Source: Diplonema japonicum (Eukaryota > Protista > Euglenozoa: Diplonemea). Taken from it: a stretch of 64,000 bases of DNA. Shown here piece by piece: positions 43,277 to 52,275 of the stretch. The DNA is taken from the NCBI GenBank assembly GCA_964019335.1, contig OZ025657.1, forward strand, positions 248,001 to 312,000, given 5' to 3'. A program made the position numbers and the translations under genes. The notes beneath the pieces were generated by a model that had not been told where the DNA came from, made no database searches, and worked only from the letters and a program-made list of their open reading frames with translations. Numbering within the stretch: the stretch's first letter is position 1; each line of letters begins with the position of its first letter.

Positions 43277-45526
43277 AAAAAAAAAACTCATAGTAAAAGA
43301 CAATCCCACTCGAGGACAGCCTCTTGTGGTGTGAGTTCCTATCTATTAATGCTCCCCTTCTGGAGCATAGCCTTCGTTCCTATTGTCGCCTTTAAAGCTT
43401 TTCGTAGTCTCGACACGCGTTCTTTCTTGTATGTCCCTTTCAACTCCTGTAGCTTTTGCGCTGTCTGTCTTGATGCGAAGATCGGTCTCCTGTTAAAGCC
43501 TATTGCAGCCTTGCCTCCGATCGCTGTGAGCGACTTGACCCTCTTTGCCCCGTCCGCAGGGAAGGGGCGTCTTATCCGTCTCGTTCTGCACACTGCGTTG
43601 GCTCTCTCCACCAACAGCTTGATTCTGCGTGCCTTCCTCTGCATGTTGTAGACTCCCAGTGACTTACCGGTTGTCTCCTCAAAGTCGAGTGCAAGTTCAG
43701 CTGCCGAAACCTCCGAGTCGGTGTCGCCCTCCACCCATCGCAGCTCTCCCATCCATTCCAGTAGTGGTTCCCCGAATTGCTCCAGCAGTCCCACCACTGT
43801 CCCCAGCTGTGCTGTCGTCGGTACCGGGGTCACTTTGCCTGTCACTTCCCGCTCCCATGGTAGCTTCTTGTTGCCGCCTTCTGCCTGCATCAGCCCTTCG
43901 TCCCGCTTTTCCACCACCATTGCCAGGTATCGCTGCAGCTTCTCCAGGTGTTCGAACCCGTTCCCCCTTGGTAGGATGGCATGCAGCTCGAGGCAGAGCG
44001 GCCATCCCGTCCTGTCGCGCAGTGGTTCCATCTCCTCCCGTATCAGCTCCTCTCGTGCTGGCGGGCACTCGTACAGCTGGTGGCGTAGCAGTGTTACTGT
44101 GTCCGCATGCTTGGTCGGGCAGAGGTCACATTCAAATCCCGACTCGTCTTGTCCTTCATGCGCCGCTGGCTCGTCTTGATCTTCCTCTTCTTCGCTCCGT
44201 CCCTCGGACTCGTCGTCCTCATTCGTGGGGGGTACACACTTTGGTCCTGCTCTGGCATACGGACTTAGGTAGGGGATCCCTCCCGCAATTACCCTCTTGA
44301 TACAGAAAGCTAGATGGCGATCTTTAGCTGCCCTCCAGAGGTCATTCGTTTTGGGATCTGCTCCTTCCCCGAGTCCGCTGACCGTCTTCCGTTCCGTTGC
44401 TAGTGTCGCACTCCTGGCTGCCCTTACAGCCGCCCTGAAGGCGCTTCCTCGCTTGGGCCACTCAAGTTCTGTGGCTATTTCCATCTTCTCCCAGTCCCAT
44501 CCGATTCTCGGCATCCACCTGCATATCAGATTCCCCACCGGTCCCAAGGGGGTCCTCTGTGAGCCGTACCTCTGCACTATTTGTCGCACTCTCTGTCCAA
44601 GACCTGTCCTTTCCAGCGCGCTCGATATCACTTTTAGCGAGTGACAGATGACGTAGGACAACGGGTCATTGATGTGTCCTTTCAGCAAAACCGTATTCAC
44701 CGCTGCAGGCGATCGTCCTCGGAAGTGAGGCCCCCATAGGTTGCAGGTCACTCTCGTTGTTAGCTTCTTCAGCGCCTCATCACTCGGAGGAGAACGGGCT
44801 GCTGTAGAGGCACGACGGCAAGACCGATGTTCCAATCAGGTATCCTTTTGTTTCGAAGGACAGGCTTGTCCCTCCCAGCCGGTCTAGCTTGTTGGCCGCT
44901 TCCGTCGCTGGCTCGTTCCACGTCGTTCCTGTCCTGTTCGTGAACACCATCACGCCCAGTGCCTTGAACGACGTCACTGTTCTATAGGGGACTGCGACCT
45001 CTCTCCCTTTCTGTGTTACTGTCCTATCACCCAGCACTTTTGACCGGAAGCCCTTCTTCGTGCCAAACGCTACCGTTTTCTCCGGGTTAAGCTTCATCCC
45101 AGTGAGTCCGCAGAACTCCAAAGTTCCGTTTACCGCAGCCTGCAAGGTCTTCTCCAACTCTGCCAGAAGGTACGTGTCATCTGCATAGGACAGAACCTCC
45201 GTTCCAGGTGCTTCCTTCTCGATTGTCCTGATCATCACCGCCAGTAAGGCGTTTATAATGATCACCGACAGCGGGCACCCCTGGAGTATCCCATTCGTTG
45301 CTTTAAAGGTGGCCCCTATTCCTATGGGGAACTTGAATCTCCTCGAGATTTGCCCGTACATTCCTTGGAGTGCTCGTGCGATTGCTGGGTCTAGTCCCAG
45401 GGCCAGCATCAGTTCGTGCGACAATTGTTGCGGGACCAGGTCGAAGCACTTCCTGAAGTCCAATGCAAGTCCTTCTAGCGGCTCGTCCTCCACCAGTGCC
45501 AGTTCTAGCTTCGTGCATAAAAAAAA
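43277..45526 (-). mobile_element. 5'-truncated non-LTR retrotransposon (reverse transcriptase plus C-terminal domain), one frameshift
   Basis: RT motifs LDFRKCFDLVP, GILQGCPLS, SYADD, GMKLNPEKT, FKALG. A frameshift near 44790 joins to the ORF with CDLC..HQLYEC and W..LRW..SAAELALDFE. 3' UTR ends ACTATGAG-T10; T8 at the 5' junction. Confidence 0.92.
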
Positions 45527-45656
45527 TCTAAAGAAAGTTGCACTAAACTCCCATATCTAAACAAAAAGGGGGGGGGGGGGGAAGAAGGAAATTTAAAAAA
45601 CTAACATTTCTAAAAAAAAAAAAAAACCCCTCCCACCCCAACTTCTCGCCTCCCTT

Positions 45657-45904
45657 TCAACTCGTATACAAAAACAATTCATGACCGCATCCAACAGCGA
45701 GGACGTCCTCCCGGGGGTGCGCAGCAAGATGCAGGGTCTTACTTTGGAAATCCATGTCCTTATTGTTTTTTTTTCCCCCCCTTTCTTTTTTTTTTCTTTC
45801 TTTTAAACACACCTCATAAGCTTGGGGTCGAACAGCGGCACCCCGACCTCCATGGTCGACAACTGGCCCCATGCTAGGAGCTTGCATGTTTGTTGTATAC
45901 AGCT

Positions 45905-45959
<55 letters not shown>

Positions 45960-47327
45960 ACACACCTTCGACGACCCGTCCTGACCGAACTGCACAAACT
46001 CCGACCTGTAGGACCCTGTATAAATGTCCTCGCCGCTGCCATTGGTGACAACCTCAAATCTATCAAAAACGTAGTCGTGCTCATACAGCTCCGTGAGCCT
46101 GGGCTGGATCCCATCATGAACAGGCAAGGTCCTTACTGGCGCGGCCTCCTTCCTCGCATCCCAGATATTCACATTCATGTAATCCCTCGCTATGATATAA
46201 GTCCCACATGGAGAGTACTTTACGTCAGATATGCCTGCCAGGATGGTGGAAAGGTACACGTTGGGTCCGGAGATGGGACGTGATGGAAGTGTCAGAGCAG
46301 GGCTTGTGCATGTTAGGTTTGTTCTGAGATCGTAAAGGGAAACAACGCCTTTTGAATTCGCGACGCAGAACTCCTGGGGTTGTATTGTGTGGTAAGCTGT
46401 TGCTGTGATTGTCTCGGACAACTCCTCCATCTGGTCCGGCCGTTGGTCCAAGACCCGAAGGCTTTTTTCATGGTGTCCAAGATGCCACAGCTGAACGGTC
46501 AGGTCATCGCTGGTTAGAAAGTTTTCCCTATTCGCCGAGCACGAGATGGAATTAACGTGGTACTCATGGTCGGCAGCAAAGACCTTCATTTCCTTGTGCC
46601 ATATTGTCGGGGAGCCACGTTGGATTCCCGGGAATTTCAATGAATTCCAGTCTTCTAATATTGCCGCCACAGGCTCGTATTCCTCAACAACAGCATGTGC
46701 CCTCTCCCAGATTTTCCACATTTTAATGGTTTTGTCGTTCGCCGTTAGGAAGAACAGGGAGCCGTTCCCGAGGTCGATGAACTTCAACACGTTCACCTTC
46801 GCCTCGATTTCCGTGGAGTTGAGCGTGTCAAGCTGGGGTTGGTACGCATCAACAACGTCGACTAGCGTGTAGCCCAAGGCAGAAGGAGAAGCGTCATGGT
46901 TAGGAGTGAGGGATGCAAGGCGTTTGTTTGACCTACAGAAGATGTAACACCTGCCTGCACGGTCCCCGTAGGCCATGTGATCGCCCGTTGAGTCGAATGC
47001 CACGCATGAGATGGAAGGTGGAAGCTCCTCTGACCCGGTGTCGTATTGCTCCTTCGTTGCTGCGTTTGTGATCATTTGTTGTATTTTGAGCTCCACATCC
47101 GTTCGAGACGAGCGCCGCAGGTTATCTCTCAACGCAGTGGGGTCTCTGTATCGGTTCGTTCCAACCGGTTTCGTCACCACCCCACCCACTGCCCCCGCTT
47201 CCCTGCTCTTCCCCACACTTTGCTGCGGATCGCTTGCCCCCCTCTGCCTCGGAGCCGGAGGCGACGTCGTCCTCCCCGTTGGGGTGTTTTTTTTCACAGG
47301 TTTGACGGCCTTTGGTTTCGCCGACAT
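45657..47327 (-). CDS. PPP2R2: Protein phosphatase 2A regulatory subunit B55 (PR55, WD40)
   Basis: GDRAGR, LNSTEIEAKVN, TANDKTIKMWK, HEYHVNSIS, SDDLTVQLW, ARDYM, LYEHDYVFDRF. In-frame introns 45903-45965 and 45759-45812; start MSAKPK at 47327. Confidence 0.92.
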
Positions 47328-47597
47328 TTTCTTTTTTTTCTTCTTCTTTCTGTTCTCTGCCCTCCCTTCCCCTCCTCCTTTTGTTTTATTTCTTTTTTTT
47401 CTCCTTTTAAAGAAAAAGCTACGAGAAGGGGGGGGGGGGGGGGGGAACAATGAGCCGAGCTAAGGCGGTTTCTATTTCTATCTGTATCACAGTGTCACGT
47501 TATGTTAAGAGAAATAAAAACATAAAAAAGAGAGACAGAAGTAAAAAATGGAATACAAGTATATGGGCGAACGATAAGAGTATAAGAGAGGGGGTCG

Positions 47598-50500
47598 CTA
47601 ATTGCTCGTCCCACTGCGCGTGGATGCCTGGCTGAGACGTTGCGTTGAGCGACGAGACAGTCTGTCGCTCATGCCGACGGCGCTGGTGCTGATGAGGGAC
47701 GAGGCTGCGAGCTCTTTGCCTGCTTCGAGCTGGTGGCGCTCGAGGTCATCTGCAAGGGGGTCGAGGAGGAGGTCTTGTCCACCGGGACAGTACTGTTGGC
47801 GCTCAGGGAGGATGTCGGGCATTTCAGTTGTGTTGTGAGTCTGACGGAGAGGACGCTCTGCACGCTCTTCCCACTTTTTCCACGAAAGGTGGTCCCACGC
47901 CCATTGACACATCAACACCCTATCATATGACAGAACAAGGTGCTCTAGCTCTATACGTACTGCATTGTACTCAGGAAGTTTGTCGACTTCGTGCTCTGTA
48001 AGGCACCGGTCCATTTCGCTCAGCGTCCATTCCACGGAATCATTCCAGTCGTATTCGTCCTCGTCCCAGTTTCCCCAGTTTGTAATCTCGGACCGCCCAT
48101 CGGTTCTGTCCTTCACATCCAGGGCCGCTGCGATGGAGAACACCTTCGCCAATGTCGTCCCATGGGCTTGTGTTGCTGACTTGTAAAAGATCAGATACTC
48201 CAAGTGGTCCTTCATCAAGGCGTAGTTCTTTACCTTCCCCTGCTCGTACAGCTTGTACGTCCTTAGAACCAATGACAGCTTGTCGCATGGTTCACATGGC
48301 AGTCTCAGACACGTGCGTTTCTCCTCCAATTCCGTCACGACCTTGATTTGATATCGGATGCGTTCCATCTGAGCTGCGTGCTCCATGCCCTTGCGGTCAA
48401 CTTCTCGTCCCGAGAACTTCCCTCCTCCGACATATGTTGAGCTGTTCATCGCGTCGAGTAGTGCGGTGAATTGTTGCTTCGTCCGTTGGCTGGCATAGTT
48501 CACAATGAGCGTCCTCACAGGCAGATCAAGAGAGTCATACATCTTGTGCCAGTAGTGCAACTGTACACCTGCATCCTCGACTGCTGGAAGGCCGCAGCAG
48601 GGATCTTCTCCTGGTTTCCACACTCCAAGGAGATGCAGGGATACTCCGTGGCACACATTCACCGGGGAGGAAGGACTCCTGTCCACAAGGATGAGCTTCC
48701 ACTTGTTTTCTTCCTTCGTTATGATCGCCGGTTCCGTCGTGTGGTCATAGAACGGTTGCCCGTCGCCGTGCACCGACGGCCGTCTTGTGTATGAACCATT
48801 TAGCTTAATAGCACCCCGCGCCAACCCGGACACGACGACCTCCTCGACAATAATGTCCTCCTTCCGTATGTACTGGGCACGTGTGTCGGGGTCCATAGAG
48901 GTTTCTTCGGAAGTTTGGGAGATTGAGTCTTCGTCTTCATTTAGAATATCCCCTCGTGCTTTGCGCAAGCACAGCTTGTGAAGGTACACCGATGCAAGAC
49001 AGTGAGGGGAAGATTCGGTGTCTAGTTGTACTGAACGCTTACGCTTCTTCATGGATAGCGGCGTGACGATACGTGAGTCCGCCACCACCCAACACGGGCC
49101 CTCAAGCCCAGAGATAGACTTACCACACCCAGCACACCTGAAGCAACAGCTATGGAACTTATAGTCCTTGTACGTCATTTTCGCAACATCATCGATGTCG
49201 TTCAGGATTGGAGACGGACGGGTGCACATGCTGTGCGCGCAGAAGCCCCTCTGGTACGGCTTGAATATAGCGAGCACTGGGTTGTACATCACGGAGTTCC
49301 GGAGGTACTCTAACGAGAGCCGCCACTTCCCTTGTTGCATTTTTTTCATTCGCTGGAACATCATATCCTTGTCGACGCCGCTGAAGCGCACGCTCTCACC
49401 CATGGACGCAGTGAGCACACCGATGATGCCGATGCCGCTGACCATCAGGAACACGGCGAGCACACGGGAAATGGGATTTGTGGGGACCATGTCGCCGTAC
49501 CCGATCGTGGTCACCGTCACGATGCAGAACCACAGCACGTTTTCGTACTTCCCAAAGACCTCTTGCTCTTCCTGCTCCACAAGCTTGATGATGATGCCAA
49601 GGGTCACAATAAGACCACAGATGAAAATCGCCTGCCAGACATTGTCGTAGCGCAAGATGAGCCCGAGCACGGCCTGCTGCTGCGTAACTCTGTGGTAGAG
49701 CCTGACAACACGGAACATCTAGGGAAAACATTCGAATGAAGAGGAAAAAAAGTAATACCTTTAAAATCCTCAAAACCCTAACTAGCCTCGCCACGACAAG
49801 GATGCTCAGGGCACCTGCGGTGGTCACTCCAGGGATGTCGGAAATCAAGGAAGGAAAGTCGTACCTGTTAATGACGTGATGGTCGGACGTGCAAGGAAAG
49901 CACACACCAGTTTTGAAAGCAATAGTCGCTGAAGTCTTTGTACTCGCCCTCATCACGGAAGATCCACCTGTACAATAGATCGACGAAGAAGACTGTAGAT
50001 GTGAAGAAATCAATCCATGCCATTGTGTTCTCGACACTGATGGATAGCCCGCCCTTTTCCCACATAGACGCTACCCACAGTCCCACCGACAACAGCGTTA
50101 GCAAAAACAAAAACGACTGCACTATCATCTCGCCCTGTTTTTTTTTTTTTTAATCTTCTTTTTAAATAAGTAAAAGGGGAACATACCCGCAATCCGCTGG
50201 CCCGTTGTATCTTATCGTCCAGCTCCGCCATGGCAGCGAAGAGTTCCTCTTCGCTGCAGTTTTCGCGTGTTGTTTCCCTCCATTGCCGATTGACCCATTC
50301 ATCGTAGTAAGACTGCGTGAGGTACGGTCAAAAGAAAAAAACCCCCAAATACCTTCTTTTCATGGTAGAGAGACTCTCTGTGTCGCTTTCGGTAGACGCC
50401 GACAAGGAGGCAAGAGATGATGAGGAAGAAGGAGAAAACACCCCAAGCGGCGTACAGGATGATCAAGTCGTTGACGCAGGAGCCGGGAGAGTAGCGCTGG

Positions 50501-51972
50501 TGGTTTGAACAAGATGCTCTGTCGGTGATGATGTCGCCTTCGTCGCCGATCCCGTCGTTGTCGCTGTCGTTTGTGAAGCGGTGCGACAGAGGGATGCCGT
50601 CGACAAGGTCCCACACACGGTCGTTGTCCTTGTCGAGGTCCATAAACCACAGCGAGACACGGCCGTCGTCAGGAATTAACCGTTTGTACATGACAACATC
50701 GTCCCTGGTCGCAATCTCCCCAACCTCGTCGAGAAGGGTCCCGTCGAATGTTTTACACGTCAGTATCTTCCTTCCCGAGCCTGTCTTTCCGTATATCTTG
50801 AAGGTCCAGTACTCGATCCCTTCGGAACCAATGTTCGCGACGACGCCGTCCTTCGTACCTTCGATCAACTTCACCGTTCTGGTCGTTCTCGACTCGGGGA
50901 TGACAAACACTTCTTCGTGGCACCCGAACACCGCCACTACGGCAAACCCACCAATGTCGTTGGAAACGGACAGGAAGAGCCACAACCCACCGCCCATCAC
51001 ACCACGGAGGAACCTGTACCCATCTAACTGCCACACAGACGGCGGTATGACGCATCGTTCGAGGCCTGGAAGAGTGAACGTGTAAACCACAGTACGGTCC
51101 GTTGAGCCGACGGTGGCAGGGAGCACATCCACAGTTTCATTAGACTGATACAGCATGAGGTCCGCAAAAGAGGGTGCCACAAGAACAGATGCCATGGCTT
51201 CAACGCCTTCGTTCCCGGTGGCGTTCCATAGCCTTCCAGCGTAGGCGGGGATTGATGAGTGGGCAAGGGGTTCGCTGTCGCCAGTGTCTAGGTAGTGAAT
51301 CAACACTTGAGACGTCTTGGTGTCCACATTCCACACTCCGTGGACCACCCACCACCCAACTACATATGCTTTCACAGCAAATGCGTTTGAAGGTGTATCT
51401 AGGCTGATCTTTGCCTTCCTCCAAATATCGAAAAGGTAGATCTCAGTGGTGTTGGATGCGTAGGGTGTTGTGAAAACAAGATATCTATCGTCGGCTTGAA
51501 GATCGGTAGGCTCTGTGATGCCCCGTAGGAAGACGAAGGTAGCCTCTTCCCAATTCGACTTGTAGAGTGACCACGGATCGAAGTTTGTGAACTTATACCA
51601 AGGTTCCCCTTGCGCTTTCGTGAGGTACCACCCGTTCTGAAACATGTCTGGAAAACCATCCAAAATCGTGACCCAAATATCACGGGAGCCCCCGTGTTCA
51701 AGCCCTAGCCAGACGGACCCGAACTCGGTGGCTACAAGGCTGCGGGGGCTGCTCATGAGCTCAACATTGTCATCTATATCACCTAGTACCCTACTCCAAT
51801 CCATCCCCGAAGCACCCTTTATCCTTACGTCCTGCAACTGGCTCACATCCACATTCAAGTATCCCCATGGCCGGTATGACAGTGAATTACATCGAAAATC
51901 CCATAAATGGGACGAAGTACTTTCGTCTGCTACCAGACCGTATGCCAACGCTGCCACAGCCACCGCATACAT
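47598..51972 (-). CDS. Voltage-gated K+ channel fused to a large N-terminal ectodomain (5 exons, ~1399 aa)
   Basis: Introns 50313-50352, 50135-50186, 49865-49907 and 49719-49758 join four ORFs in frame. S4 ARLVRVLRILKMFRVVR; pore WFCIVTVTTIGYGDMVP; LIM-like CxxxxC..H..CFRCAGC downstream. Confidence 0.8.
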
Positions 51973-52275
51973 AAAAAAAAAAGGCGGCCCTGTTATACGT
52001 TACTTCTCTTTTTACTTTCTGCAAATAGTCAGAGCGAAGGGGTGGGTGGGGGCAATGGGAAAGGGTATAATAAACATTATTTTCTTTTTTCATTTGTTCT
52101 TTTCCGGTGTGCACGGCGTTGGGGGGGGGGGGGGGGGGGTGAAGATGGGACGGTTCGCTCTCCTTGTTCTTTTTTATCAACATCTTTCTTTTTTTTTTTT
52201 TCCTTGTCAGCAGGGCGTTCACTACACTGATAAAACAAAATAGTATAAAAAGTGATGGGGGAAGACACCTTCTTG

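Noticed and set aside
44770-44800. TGA TGA between the two LINE ORFs as stop readthrough or a variant genetic code
   Set aside because: The downstream ORF is in a different frame, so a 1-nt deletion explains it. Host genes use TAA, TAG and TGA as normal stops.
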